A stretch of 64,000 bases of DNA from the IMG/VR virus record IMGVR_UViG_3300035505_000313, positions 1 through 64,000 of that record; one strand, written 5' to 3'. Position numbers and translations under genes: made by a program. Every line of letters begins with the position of its first letter. Position 1 is the stretch's first letter. The stretch is from a virus. Its lineage: Duplodnaviria > Caudoviricetes. A model generated the notes under the pieces. That model did no database searches. It saw nothing but the letters and a program-made list of their open reading frames with translations, and was not told the DNA's origin. Positions 17,867 to 28,332 of this stretch are shown here, one piece after another.

Positions 17867-18736
17867 ACCATTTGTCGTCATAAGTGTATTAATCTGATAC
17901 TGAATAGTCTGAACACCAGCTTTTAACTCAGATTTAGTTCTTTCAGCAACCAAATCTTCAAGCTCTTTTCCTGTATAACCCATTTCTTTATATACTTTAG
18001 TATACTTATCTTTAGAAATACGTAAGTACTTACCTAAGTGGCTTAGGTCTACAGACTGCCCACCATACTGATTAGAAGCCACAGCCGCAATTACCTGTGT
18101 AGTAACAGTACAAGCTACTTGGAAAGACTTAGGTGTCTCAATCATTTTTCCATTCATACATGTACCATTATCAAGGATATCTCCTATGTTAATAAGACAA
18201 CAGTTAAACATACCAAACTGTAAGAAGTAATCTTCATCATGGAAATGCAATACACCATCTTCATGTGCCTTAACAATTCTTTCAGGTAACAAAATTCTAT
18301 TAGTCATATCAATAGATGTAGCACCTGCAATGTAATCACGTTCTGTACTTAACAACATAGGATTCTTATTTGAATTCTCTGTGTTAGTATGGTAATCTTT
18401 ATGGTTAACTACATCAATCAATTTTTTATCTGTTGTATTCTTAATCAATCTGAGACTTTCATGTCTCTCTCGATATAAGATATATTTTTTAGCAAGCTGA
18501 AATTTATCCAATTTCATAAGTTCTACTTCCACTCTATCTTGAATTTCCTCAATACTTACAGTTGTAACTTCATTATCCTCTAAGTATTTTAAAATCCTTC
18601 CCTCAATTAAACGAATCTCCTCAATGGATGCTTTGTCAGCAATATCCTCAACATCCTTGTTAGCATTACTGATTGCATGAAAAATCTTTGATGCATCGAA
18701 TTCTACAATGTCACCATTACGTTTCTTAACGTGCAT
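17867..18736 (-). CDS. nrdD: class III ribonucleotide reductase, exon 1 (ATP cone)
   Basis: VKKRNGDIVEFDASKI ATP cone, NENSNKN-like motif, HFHD, FNCCL, ASNQYGGQS; spliced product 732 aa. Confidence 0.93.
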
Positions 18737-18770
18737 AATTATTATCTCCTTTCATACATATATTGTGCAG

Positions 18771-18782
18771 TAATAGTTTGTT
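18771..18782 (-). promoter_or_regulatory. late-type promoter AACA-N6-TA (nrdD)
   Basis: AACA-AACTAT-TA 35 nt upstream of the start. Confidence 0.6.
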
Positions 18783-18861
18783 GTGACAAATTTCGCACTA
18801 AAATCCCCTAGTTTTCCTTGACGGAACATACAAAAAATTAAGATTAAGCAGACATAAAAAA

Positions 18862-18894
18862 GTGAGAAACTGATAAGTTTCATCAGTTTCTCAC
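18862..18894 (-). terminator. intrinsic terminator
   Basis: GTGAGAAACTGAT/ATCAGTTTCTCAC with adjacent A run. Confidence 0.7.
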
Positions 18895-18901
18895 CCTAAA
18901 G

Positions 18902-19144
18902 CTACTTTTTCCTTTTCTTTTTCTTAGTAAACTTAGACTTACCAGAACCTCTCCTAGCATTTCTCATTTCTTCTAAGATTAACTTCTTGTTATCTTTGTA
19001 CTCAGGTTTGTATTCTGGTTCATCAAAGCTTTCTTCGTTCTTGTCACTGATGTTAGCAATCAGATTAGCTAATTGCTCTTTTCGTGTGTTGCCACTACCT
19101 ACGATTCCAGTATGTTGTAGCTTTATGTTGTCATCAGTCATCAT
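18902..19144 (-). CDS. hypothetical protein with basic C-terminus
   Basis: 80 aa ORF ending KKKKRKK. Confidence 0.55.
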   Translation of the reverse strand: MMTDDNIKLQHTGIVGSGNTRKEQLANLIANISDKNEESFDEPEYKPEYKDNKKLILEEMRNARRGSGKSKFTKKKKRKK

Positions 19145-19385
19145 CTTCCTCCTCTGTTACACTGTCAGGAAGACAAAACCTAGTAAGACCTGACAAACCA
19201 TGCTTATCATAAGCATCCAAAGCCTGTCTTCCTCTTACATAGTCTCCTAACGTTCCATCTGCGGCTTTCTTCTTAATTCGACCTCTTTCAATATTGTGAG
19301 AAATCTCATCAATATCGACATTCAAGCCAAACCCAAAAAGTCTGCCCTCAATATAGTTACCTTTGTGATTGTTGTGTTCTGACAT
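19134..19385 (-). CDS. hypothetical early protein
   Basis: 83 aa, SD AAGGAG, TATATTAT motif at 19421-19428. Confidence 0.6.
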   Translation of the reverse strand: MSEHNNHKGNYIEGRLFGFGLNVDIDEISHNIERGRIKKKAADGTLGDYVRGRQALDAYDKHGLSGLTRFCLPDSVTEEEDDD

Positions 19386-19420
19386 AATTAATGTCTCCTT
19401 TCTTTATTTATTACAAATCT

Positions 19421-19445
19421 ATAATATATACTTGTCTTAGAATTT
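19421..19445 (-). promoter_or_regulatory. early-type phage promoter (AAATT-N12-TATATTAT)
   Basis: Same spacing as the motif at 550-574. Confidence 0.6.
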
Positions 19446-20793
19446 AAACATAGAACTTACTCCAAGACTTCCAGAAATCCTCATCCTTAGTAACGTGATT
19501 ATTAAGGAAATAATTTCGTGGCATGTACATACATAGATTTTTCTCAGCTCTTGTTATTGCTGTGTAAGTTAGTGCTATCTGAGTTTCTGGTTCAAAATTC
19601 CAGAAGATACCCTCTCCAATAAACACTACTCTTTTGTACTGATTGCCTTGTGACTTATGTGTGGTAATCGCATAACCGAAATCAAACTTGTTAACTCTAT
19701 TTCCATCCAATGGAGGAAGGTCTTTTAAAGTTTCAGGCTTTGGATATTTCTTTGGTTGAAAGATTCTTATATCTACAGGAACACCTGAGAATATACAATC
19801 CTTATCAAAATCAGGATGTACCTTTAAGTATATAATATCCATGCTAAAGTCTACTCGTTCAATTTCATCAACGTAGTAGATTCCACCATTAACTAGTGAT
19901 ACATAGTCATCCAGTTTAGGCGAATAGGATATTGTCTGCCAGTTGTTCATAGTGCATAGTAACTTATCTCCTTTAGTTGGTAGGTCAGTAGTTATACCTA
20001 TTAATTCCCTCATCATCTTATTTAACTTCTTACGAGTTTTATTCGTACAACAGATAACTTGTGTTACCAATGGAAGTAGTTCTTTATCTTCTTTAAGCCT
20101 TTCATAATTGAAGATTCCTACTTCACTATTGTTACCATAACTACCATAAGGTAAAGCTTCTCTGTTTCTTATCTTAAATGATAAGTCAACTATTGGTGAA
20201 CTACCATCTTGTCTTACAATCTCATCTAAAAGAGCATCATACTCTTTCATATAAGAATTTACACCTTGTACTGGTGGAAGCTGTCCATCATCACCAAGCA
20301 TAATTATTGGAACTCCGAATGAAAGTAAATCATTGCTAACTTCATCACTAACCATAGAGAATTCATCTACAACGATTAATTTATACTCTTTCTCTAAAAC
20401 ATTTCTCTTAGTAGTCTTAGTATATTTCTTCCAACCGAGAATCTCCTTTTCGTTTATACTTCCATCTTTGTTTTTGCCATAAATAGGCTTCTCATAAACT
20501 TCAGTATGATAAATCAACTTATGAATTGTCTTAGCATCCTTGTTACCTCTTTTCTTAAGGTTAAGAACTGCTGCCCCAGTATAAGCTACAAATACAACAT
20601 CATCAGGTGACAATTTTAACTCCTTGATAATTTCATTCACCATAAATGTCTTACCAGTTCCAGCATAACCGAAGATACGGAAATACTTCTTGAACTCTTT
20701 CTCTACACCCCACCAGAATACAGCTTTTTTCATACATTCTAACTGGCATTTGGTATAATTCTTTGTGTCATTTTTAATAGCTATGTCTTCCAT
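19444..20793 (-). CDS. Dda/RecD-like SF1B DNA helicase
   Basis: GYAGTGKT, VDEFSMV, LGDDGQLPPV, FGYAITTHKSQG, YTAITRA. Confidence 0.9.
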   Translation of the reverse strand: MEDIAIKNDTKNYTKCQLECMKKAVFWWGVEKEFKKYFRIFGYAGTGKTFMVNEIIKELKLSPDDVVFVAYTGAAVLNLKKRGNKDAKTIHKLIYHTEVYEKPIYGKNKDGSINEKEILGWKKYTKTTKRNVLEKEYKLIVVDEFSMVSDEVSNDLLSFGVPIIMLGDDGQLPPVQGVNSYMKEYDALLDEIVRQDGSSPIVDLSFKIRNREALPYGSYGNNSEVGIFNYERLKEDKELLPLVTQVICCTNKTRKKLNKMMRELIGITTDLPTKGDKLLCTMNNWQTISYSPKLDDYVSLVNGGIYYVDEIERVDFSMDIIYLKVHPDFDKDCIFSGVPVDIRIFQPKKYPKPETLKDLPPLDGNRVNKFDFGYAITTHKSQGNQYKRVVFIGEGIFWNFEPETQIALTYTAITRAEKNLCMYMPRNYFLNNHVTKDEDFWKSWSKFYV

Positions 20794-20821
20794 TGTTAAT
20801 CTCTAAACTCCTTTCTGTTTG

Positions 20822-21847
20822 TTACTTAAGTGCATAATCCATAGTTTGCTCTAAAATTTCTTGCTGAAGCTCTTTGTCAATCTCATAGAATGACAACCAA
20901 TCTCTAATGTTTTCAGTTACTAAATTACCATTCCTTTCTAAACTTGCTTTCAAAAATGGTTCAAATAAAATCTTTTCCATACTATTACTTAGACTGTAAG
21001 GGAAAGCAGTTGTAATTAATTTATATAATCTAAAGCTCTCACATCCTAATGGAATATCATAAAATGAAATATCGTAATCTACTAAAGTAGATTCATTTAT
21101 AAAATGATTACATTCTTCTGTATAAAACAAAGCTAGCATAAAGATTCGTCTTAATGAATCTATGGTATGAGCATCAGGTTGACAAGCTGCAACATTATCA
21201 GAATACATTTTGAATAATTGGGTTAAATTCCTCTTGTATTGTAAGACACTACATTGCTTAAGTATATACAAATACTTTTTGAATACATATGTCTTACACC
21301 CTTTCATTTGATTTTGAACTGTAACTTCAAATAATGAATATACATCGTTAAATACAGATACAATACCATTGTAACCAACATCTGTTGACTTATATAAGTT
21401 CTTGATATAGTCATCTATACCTTTAGATTGAATAACATTATAAGCACCAAACATGATTTTGGTCATATCAGACATATACAATGCTCTTTCTATTATGCAA
21501 TAACCCATTTGAGATTGATTGTCTGGTAGTTTGTGCGTATATAAGCTTGACATTAGATTAGCTTGTTGACTAGCAGTATCAAAATCAAAATACTCCGAAT
21601 ATGTTTCTGTAATAGCATCAACAGCTTTCATTGATGAAGTTTCATATTGAAAACCATCTTCATCATTAGTTTTAAAACTTACACCTTCAAAAGTATTCAT
21701 GCTATATAATAAATCCATTAAAACTCTTGATATCTGTTCTAAGAAATCCAAGTTTTTACAATTCCAGATTTTATCATGTAACAGTTGACCAGTCAATCTG
21801 TTAAAATCATCTATCATGTTATAACCTCCTTTAATAATATAATGCAA
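20822..21847 (-). CDS. hypothetical protein (probable start MIDD, 10 codons in)
   Basis: ~330 aa ORF; GGAGG SD precedes the second ATG. Confidence 0.7.
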   Translation of the reverse strand: MHYIIKGGYNMIDDFNRLTGQLLHDKIWNCKNLDFLEQISRVLMDLLYSMNTFEGVSFKTNDEDGFQYETSSMKAVDAITETYSEYFDFDTASQQANLMSSLYTHKLPDNQSQMGYCIIERALYMSDMTKIMFGAYNVIQSKGIDDYIKNLYKSTDVGYNGIVSVFNDVYSLFEVTVQNQMKGCKTYVFKKYLYILKQCSVLQYKRNLTQLFKMYSDNVAACQPDAHTIDSLRRIFMLALFYTEECNHFINESTLVDYDISFYDIPLGCESFRLYKLITTAFPYSLSNSMEKILFEPFLKASLERNGNLVTENIRDWLSFYEIDKELQQEILEQTMDYALK

Positions 21848-22625
21848 ATTCTTCTAAAAATCTTCTTTTAACTTCCACCTTAAAATCATGAGGAATCTCA
21901 TATTCCTCTAAGATATCTATGATGTTTTCTTTAACATAAACTACAAAATCCTCTTGATAATCCCAAAATGGATTTGGACCTTCACCATAGAGAAAACCTA
22001 AATCATAGATTAAATCATTATGAAAAGTAGTTCTAAACTTATTCCTACCAAGTCCATCACAAGGTTCTAATTCTCTTATATACATAAATTGAACTTTAGC
22101 AATAAGAATTAATATATTCTTGTAAAATAATAGAATTAGAAACATAAAACCAAAATCTTCTATACTCTTATTAGGTATAGAATTGACAAGTGCATTAAAT
22201 GTGTTATCTATTACATAATCAGAAAAGAACCTATTATTCAATAGAGATGTAATGGATTCTTCTATGTTGGAAGGAACTAGAAAGTAATTAGTTGATAGTG
22301 TAATAACTATATTTTTTCCTTTCATTTCATCTGAAATGTCTAAAAATTTCATAAGCTCAATTAGTAAGTTGTAATCGATTTTACCATCTTTAAAGAACTT
22401 GTAAATCTCGTTTACATACTCATGAGCTATATCCTTCTCCTTAAGCATTTTGAAAGTGTTAAAAAACATTTCTTGTGTTAGTTGAACTGTGTCATAAGGT
22501 TTGATAGTGATAATTAAGTTATCTTTACCTGATTCCACTAATTGTTGTTTGTATAGATTTTGAAGGTCAATTCGTTGTCGAAATTCCTTAAAAAACCCAG
22601 TTATGATAGTCCTATAATCTTCCAT
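21831..22625 (-). CDS. hypothetical protein
   Basis: 264 aa ORF; TATATTAT motif at 22669-22676. Confidence 0.7.
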   Translation of the reverse strand: MEDYRTIITGFFKEFRQRIDLQNLYKQQLVESGKDNLIITIKPYDTVQLTQEMFFNTFKMLKEKDIAHEYVNEIYKFFKDGKIDYNLLIELMKFLDISDEMKGKNIVITLSTNYFLVPSNIEESITSLLNNRFFSDYVIDNTFNALVNSIPNKSIEDFGFMFLILLFYKNILILIAKVQFMYIRELEPCDGLGRNKFRTTFHNDLIYDLGFLYGEGPNPFWDYQEDFVVYVKENIIDILEEYEIPHDFKVEVKRRFLEEFALYY

Positions 22626-22717
22626 TAAAAATTCCCCTTTCTAAAAGTTTTTGTTGAAATCTAGTATAATAATATATATATTAACAATAAATAAAAAAAT
22701 AAAGGAGGAAAAACTAT

Positions 22718-23422
22718 ATGGCTACTAATGCAGGTTCAGGACTTGATAACTTAAACTTTGATGGTTTTAAGGTAGCTCAAGTAATGGAAAATTATGATAA
22801 AGATGGTGAAGGAAAACTACAAGTTTATATTCCTAGCATCCAATATGAAAATAAATATAATGAAACTGTAAATGATTCTAAGACAACTGTTAAGAATAAA
22901 GTTCTTAAGAATAAAAATAAAGACAAGAAGTTTACTGGTGGTAAAGTAGTATCATCAAACTATATTACAGCTAGACCACTAACTCCATTCTTAGACGAGA
23001 GAAGTAATAAGGATAACAAATCTGGTCAGTATAGAATACCTATGAAGAAAAGTACTGTTATAGTAATCTTCTTAGATAGTGACCCACAGAAATGTTATTA
23101 TCTTCCTTGGAATCCTACTTCTGAAGGTGATGTTATGGGAGATAGAAACGTTAACTATCCTAAAGATTGGAATAAGAATAAATACAAAGAAAGAATAAAT
23201 ATTGCAAGTGATATGTTCCCTAATGGAACTAGAATAGATGTAAATTGGAATGATGACCATAGCACATTTACAGTAACAGTACAACCTACTACTGGCAAGA
23301 AAATGATATTCCAATTACATGAGAACGGTTTAGCTACTATTAATGGTAGTGAGATAGTTACTGATGCTAATTTCCTGAAGTATTTAAGAAAGTACCATCC
23401 AGTAGGATGGCGATGTGTATAA
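22718..23422 (+). CDS. baseplate hub/spike protein, gp5/VgrG-like N-terminal OB domain
   Basis: AQVMENYDKDGEGKLQVYIPSI and P..KSTVIVIFLDSDPQKCYY resemble the Gp5 OB fold; short C-terminal beta region. Confidence 0.65.
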   Translation: MATNAGSGLDNLNFDGFKVAQVMENYDKDGEGKLQVYIPSIQYENKYNETVNDSKTTVKNKVLKNKNKDKKFTGGKVVSSNYITARPLTPFLDERSNKDNKSGQYRIPMKKSTVIVIFLDSDPQKCYYLPWNPTSEGDVMGDRNVNYPKDWNKNKYKERINIASDMFPNGTRIDVNWNDDHSTFTVTVQPTTGKKMIFQLHENGLATINGSEIVTDANFLKYLRKYHPVGWRCV

Positions 23423-23438
23423 AGGAGGATGATAGATT

Positions 23439-23957
23439 ATGGCTATTAATCTAAGTACAAGTTTATTCTCTAATCTTAAACCTGTGGATTTAAGTAATTA
23501 TAATAGCTCAAGTGGTTTTGTAACATTAGATGATTCATTAGAAGATGCTGAAGATAATAAACTTAACTTTATGAAGATATCTCATAAAATCAATTATGAA
23601 GATACAATGACAATGTATGATGAGAATATCTTATATAATTATAGAAGTTACTTATATGACTTTAGAATTGGATTAGAGATTACAGAAGATTATTTCTATA
23701 AACCTGAGTTAGTATCTCAAGAATTATATGGAACACCAGATTTATGGTATTTAGTAATGTGGATGAATGAAGAAATAGCTAGTCCATTAGAGTTCAATAA
23801 TAGATATATCTGGGTATTTGACCCTAGTAAAATTAATGTATTGAATAAGTTGATTGAGTGTAATAAAGAAAAGCTTGAAGATAATCATTTAGAGCCAGAT
23901 TATGTTGAAGACTTGACTATAAAACCAGTAGTATTGAGTTCTTCTAGGTTCTTATAA
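23439..23957 (+). CDS. baseplate wedge protein (T4 gp53/LysM-like)
   Basis: YKPELVSQELYGTPDLWYLVMWMN motif. Confidence 0.7.
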   Translation: MAINLSTSLFSNLKPVDLSNYNSSSGFVTLDDSLEDAEDNKLNFMKISHKINYEDTMTMYDENILYNYRSYLYDFRIGLEITEDYFYKPELVSQELYGTPDLWYLVMWMNEEIASPLEFNNRYIWVFDPSKINVLNKLIECNKEKLEDNHLEPDYVEDLTIKPVVLSSSRFL

Positions 23958-24015
23958 AAAAAAAAGAAACCTTGTTATTAGGTACAGAAAAACTAATGTT
24001 TATTCTGTTTGTGTA
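23956..24015 (-). repeat. conserved ~58 nt 3' element / terminator, copy 2
   Basis: Reverse complement matches 6583..6641 with one mismatch; both begin about 10 nt after a stop codon. Confidence 0.85.
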
Positions 24016-24025
24016 TATTAGAGGA

Positions 24026-24346
24026 TTATGCTCTTACTAAATCCTCTAATACACTAAAAGTTTCACTCTGAAGTTCCTTCAGAGTCTTCCAAGTTCTTGG
24101 AAGAACCTCCTTAGCTTCGAAGAACTCAACTGTTGACTCATTGAGTTCTCCGAAAAGTTCATGACCTAAACTAAAGTCATGTTCAGAGACTACTTTCATT
24201 AACACACAAGCAACCTCTGAATGTAATGTAGCTGATAACATAATATCAACTTCCTTAGTTGTTGACAGACCTGATTGCATCATATTAACTGCTTTCACGT
24301 CTGCTCCTTCAATAGCTACTTTCATCATTTCGATTGTCTTATTCAT
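24026..24346 (-). CDS. hypothetical early protein
   Basis: 106 aa ORF flanked by the shared leader and 3' element. Confidence 0.7.
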   Translation of the reverse strand: MNKTIEMMKVAIEGADVKAVNMMQSGLSTTKEVDIMLSATLHSEVACVLMKVVSEHDFSLGHELFGELNESTVEFFEAKEVLPRTWKTLKELQSETFSVLEDLVRA

Positions 24347-24351
24347 AATAC

Positions 24352-24401
24352 TACCTTTTACATGAGCTGGACTTGCTCATGTCCTTTCCGCTTTCGCTTT
24401 G
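24352..24401 (-). ncRNA. structured 5' leader (GNRA hairpin + H-type pseudoknot), copy 2
   Basis: CAAA-GC GAAA GC-GGAAA-GGAC-ATGAGC-AA-GTCC-A-GCTCAT-GTAAAAGGT. Confidence 0.65.
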
Positions 24402-24441
24402 ATTTGTTTACATGATATTATACTATGTATAATTCAAAGCG

Positions 24442-24449
24442 ATAATATA
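24442..24449 (-). promoter_or_regulatory. early-type phage promoter
   Basis: TATATTAT followed by CGCT, as at 6261-6271 (+). Confidence 0.6.
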
Positions 24450-24482
24450 TAAAAAAAAAAGGTAATTTTACGATTTTAATAT

Positions 24483-24518
24483 AAGAGAGAAATCCTAATA
24501 ATATAGGATTTCTCTCTT
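24483..24518 (-). terminator. intrinsic terminator
   Basis: AAGAGAGAAATCCTA/TAGGATTTCTCTCTT 15-bp stem. Confidence 0.7.
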
Positions 24519-24526
24519 TATAACCT

Positions 24527-25573
24527 CTAAATTAATTGGTTATTGGTTTCATCATAGCATATTAATCCAGCTTCAACCAAAGCATCAACAAGATAGAAAG
24601 GTGCATACTTCAGCTCTTTAAAATCTGATAATCCTTTTACATACTCTCGTTTTTCATAGACTTCAAATATATCACCTATAGTTTTCTTACCTGCTTTTGT
24701 ATAAGCATTGTAGTACCTGTATTGATTGAGAGAACCTTCAGATATAGGCATATTCATTAGGTAATCCCTCTCATGCAAGTATAATAGATACAAGTATTTC
24801 TCTCTGCATCCATTAAAGAACTTTTGTCGTATATCTTGTATAAGCGATATTCTAGAGTGACTTAAAGCTCCAAATGTAAATCTAACGAATTTATCACCTA
24901 AATAATCTTTAGGATATTCTCCATTGTTATAATAATACTGAAACTCTTTCAGATTTACTCCTCTCATTCTTCCCATACGATTTCTATAACATACCTTGTC
25001 AAAGACATTTGAATAATAAAATGTACGAGGAAATTCAGCTTTCAATTCTTCATCTTCTATATAGTAATCACAAATCTCATGTAGTACATCACTGATTTCT
25101 TTAGTGGTTATCTGATTGCCAAACTGATAGAATATAATGAAGCAAAACACTATTCTGAAGTCTTTTATATACTGGGCACTACATACATTATCTCTTACTT
25201 CCAAGGTAGCCTTTTTGAATTCTTCATCACTATGCCACCAATGCAGATTACTGTCTGCTATTTCATAGGTTTCATCAAGAATAGATTGACATAATTCTGC
25301 ATACTTTCTATAACTTTCTCCTCCAATAATATTCTTAAAGTAGTCCGTTAGAACTTTACTAAGATAATTAAACTCCCATTCACTAGGTAATAATTGGCTT
25401 AGAGTTACATCAAAGTAATGCAATTTAGCATCCCAAGATGGTCCTTTATTGGTTGCCATCAAATTCTTGAATTTACCAAAGTTATACAAATCCAATATGA
25501 ATTTGCTTAATGGTGTAGTAAAATCAAGATGTGGAGTTGTCAATTCATTTTTAATTGATACTTCGTCTGTCAT
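24527..25573 (-). CDS. hypothetical protein
   Basis: 348 aa ORF, SD AGGAGG. Confidence 0.75.
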   Translation of the reverse strand: MTDEVSIKNELTTPHLDFTTPLSKFILDLYNFGKFKNLMATNKGPSWDAKLHYFDVTLSQLLPSEWEFNYLSKVLTDYFKNIIGGESYRKYAELCQSILDETYEIADSNLHWWHSDEEFKKATLEVRDNVCSAQYIKDFRIVFCFIIFYQFGNQITTKEISDVLHEICDYYIEDEELKAEFPRTFYYSNVFDKVCYRNRMGRMRGVNLKEFQYYYNNGEYPKDYLGDKFVRFTFGALSHSRISLIQDIRQKFFNGCREKYLYLLYLHERDYLMNMPISEGSLNQYRYYNAYTKAGKKTIGDIFEVYEKREYVKGLSDFKELKYAPFYLVDALVEAGLICYDETNNQLI

Positions 25574-25642
25574 AAGTTACCTCCTAATAATAAAATTGGA
25601 TGAATAGTCATTATAACTATTCATCCAACCAATTATATATGC

Positions 25643-25915
25643 TTATTTAATGCACTTGTTTTCCCATTTCTTGTATGCATCAAAATAAAGTTCTTCTTCT
25701 TCTCCGTTGTATGTTAATTCATAATACATACCATCTGGTAACGGAGTTGATAACAAAGCCTTGTGATTCTTGAGTGACTTTGAATACCATACCACATACA
25801 CATTGTCTGCAGTGATATTAATAGGGTCACCTGATTTGTCATGCTTCTCGTTACAATACTTTGCTACTTCTTCCTTGCACCGACTAATAAAGTCTACTGA
25901 ACCTGCAATTATCAT
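25643..25915 (-). CDS. small conserved phage protein (DUF6275-like)
   Basis: VYVVWYSKSLKNHKALLST...DGMYYELTYNG...LYFDAYKKWEN; start revised to the ATG at 25915. Confidence 0.6.
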   Translation of the reverse strand: MIIAGSVDFISRCKEEVAKYCNEKHDKSGDPINITADNVYVVWYSKSLKNHKALLSTPLPDGMYYELTYNGEEEELYFDAYKKWENKCIK

Positions 25916-25916
25916 T

Positions 25917-27605
25917 TTAACTAGCCTCACTTTCTTCTTCGTCAATATCAATCATTGACTTCTTCTTTGTAGTTGTCTTATTTATTCTTCCACCCTTAAC
26001 TGTGTCACGCTTCTTAGCAGCTTTCTTCTTCCTATGTTCTGCTGGATTAAACTTCTCTAATCCATCACCCTCACTAAGTATAGATAATGAGTTAACCAAA
26101 CCTATATCTGATTTCAATCTCATAGTATTTCCGTCCTCGAATGGATGAGAGAAATACCTGACATCATCTGCAGGTGGCTTACCCCTCTGCTTAAGCTTAT
26201 TGTAAGATAACATCATGTTTCCTGTAACTGAATCTGGTTTCTGTAAAATTGAAATGATGTAATCTGCATTATCCACAAGCTTAACAGATTCACTAATCTC
26301 AGATGTACCAATCTGTTTCAAAGCATCATTCTTATTACTTCTAAATGCTTCAGTGATAATCTTCATAGCACCTCTGTTAAACTGTGTTGCAGTAATGATT
26401 GGAATATCCCATTTCTTTGCAATGTTACATAACTCATCCTCGATTTCACCTTGTTCCTCATACGAATTGTCAATCCTCCTTGAACTTCTAAGTCGTTTCA
26501 AGTAGTCTTGAACTACCATGATTATTCGTTTACCTTTCTTTTCTTCCTCTACAATCATGGCATCAATATCAGTCGGTGTTATACTACCAGATGGTCTATA
26601 TTTGATTGCAATATTAATTCCCTCACAGAATCCATTTTCATTCAAAATCTGTAATACTTCATCCACTGTATGTTTAGCGAAATTGTCATCGTTACCCATA
26701 TAGTGTGACCAAATACGTTCCAAAGTTTCTCTGATTGAATTCTCTTGTGTAAGATACAATACAGTAGGAATTCTTCCGTCATCGAATTCGATATTATTAT
26801 AATCTTTGGCATCAAGACAAATGTTCAGTAACTCACCAGACTTCCATCCACCTTGTAATCCTAAATACAGATATACTCTTGATGCTTCATAACCACCATT
26901 GAGCATTTTATTCTTCATTTTGATACCTGTCTTAATCTTATGTGATGAATGGTTTACATCTTTATGAGATTTCTCAACACATCTTGTCAATGAATAATTG
27001 TCATTGGAATCAAAATCATAATACTTATCACTAGTGATTTCTTCGACTTCATTGAACTTCTCGTGCATACCATTGACTACAACCTTAAACTCATCTGCAA
27101 TTTCTTCAAGTGAGTTATAATCATCCTGTTCAAACTTAGATATAACTGAAGACATTCTGTCCTTATATTTGAACACGAATGAGTAATTCAGGAAATGTGC
27201 TACCATGTTACTAACATACTCGATATCGTCTTCGTCATACAACATATAGTCGTATTCTTCGTCTAACTCAAACTCCTCTGCAATTCCCTCAAATATATTC
27301 TCTACTACTTCTGAGTTTGCTCCCTCACCAGTTAAATGGATTTGTAAAGCACTGTAGTTCGAAATGTTCTTATTACATCGTCCGTCAATAATTCTTCCAA
27401 GAAGTTTATAACGTTCAATCATTTCTTCATCTTCTTCATAATTACGTTCATCAATAGTTTGATAGAACTCATTTAACATATTTAGCTTTCTTGGTGATAT
27501 AAAATCGCTGTATGTTATTCCAAAAAGAATCAGATAGTCCATGTGTAATAAGCTGAGGTTGTAATTGATTTTCTCAATTTTATTCCTGTTCTTCTTCTTC
27601 GCCAA
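25917..27605 (-). CDS. dnaB: DnaB-like replicative helicase
   Basis: TGIKMKNKMLNGG, GLQGGWKS (Walker A variant), LYLTQENS, VVQDYL, IITATQFNR, ISESVKLVDNADY. Confidence 0.8.
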   Translation of the reverse strand: MAKKKNRNKIEKINYNLSLLHMDYLILFGITYSDFISPRKLNMLNEFYQTIDERNYEEDEEMIERYKLLGRIIDGRCNKNISNYSALQIHLTGEGANSEVVENIFEGIAEEFELDEEYDYMLYDEDDIEYVSNMVAHFLNYSFVFKYKDRMSSVISKFEQDDYNSLEEIADEFKVVVNGMHEKFNEVEEITSDKYYDFDSNDNYSLTRCVEKSHKDVNHSSHKIKTGIKMKNKMLNGGYEASRVYLYLGLQGGWKSGELLNICLDAKDYNNIEFDDGRIPTVLYLTQENSIRETLERIWSHYMGNDDNFAKHTVDEVLQILNENGFCEGINIAIKYRPSGSITPTDIDAMIVEEEKKGKRIIMVVQDYLKRLRSSRRIDNSYEEQGEIEDELCNIAKKWDIPIITATQFNRGAMKIITEAFRSNKNDALKQIGTSEISESVKLVDNADYIISILQKPDSVTGNMMLSYNKLKQRGKPPADDVRYFSHPFEDGNTMRLKSDIGLVNSLSILSEGDGLEKFNPAEHRKKKAAKKRDTVKGGRINKTTTKKKSMIDIDEEESEAS

Positions 27606-28206
27606 TGTAACTATCCCCCTTAATAAATTCTAGCTCTCCATCTTCATTGAATAAGAAGTCGCCGTCTTCACCTAGTAAATAGTTGTAATATCTTTTAAAC
27701 TCTAATTCTCCATTTTTATTTGGAAGAGCATAATAGACATTCAATGTCCTAAAATCAACTCTGAAAGCGACCTCATCTAATGTTATCTCAAGCATATTAA
27801 GGTCATCATCTAACCAATGCACTTTATCTTCTCGTACTATCGTATCCCACTCACATTCATCTGGTTTAAATATCTCAATATCTACCTCAAAGGTTAAATC
27901 AATGAGGACTTTGATTTCATTATATGCAATACCCATCCAACAATACTCCTTTGGAGATAAAGCTTTAATGGATAATACATGTGAGATATTATCAACCTTG
28001 TAAATAATGCTGTTAAAGCACTCGTTAAATTTAGATAATGCTTCAACTTTATTGATGTCCAAATTAAAACACACAATGAACGGATAGTTTACCTCTAGTA
28101 TTATATAACGATACTTAGGTATATTTGTATCTTTGTTAAAGTCCATTAGGATGATATCACCAACTGATAGTTCATCTACTCCAATAGATTGGTAACAAAT
28201 ATTCAT
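27580..28206 (-). CDS. hypothetical protein
   Basis: 208 aa ORF, SD AAGGAG. Confidence 0.7.
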   Translation of the reverse strand: MNICYQSIGVDELSVGDIILMDFNKDTNIPKYRYIILEVNYPFIVCFNLDINKVEALSKFNECFNSIIYKVDNISHVLSIKALSPKEYCWMGIAYNEIKVLIDLTFEVDIEIFKPDECEWDTIVREDKVHWLDDDLNMLEITLDEVAFRVDFRTLNVYYALPNKNGELEFKRYYNYLLGEDGDFLFNEDGELEFIKGDSYIGEEEEQE

Positions 28207-28248
28207 TGTTTTCTCCTTTCACTTAAACAAATTATTGTAATAAGGAAA

Positions 28249-28260
28249 TATCCTCCTGTT
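28249..28260 (-). promoter_or_regulatory. late-type promoter AACA-N6-TA (helicase operon)
   Basis: AACA-GGAGGA-TA 43 nt upstream of 28206. Confidence 0.45.
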
Positions 28261-28332
28261 ACGAATTATTTTTCTTTTTCTACTTTTTTACTTTTTGGTA
28301 AAGAGATTATGCTTTATTTTTCTTCAAACAGA

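Noticed and set aside
14838-18736. nrdD fragments as a pseudogene or intein-split gene
   Set aside because: Group I intron cores and exact in-frame junctions explain the interruptions.
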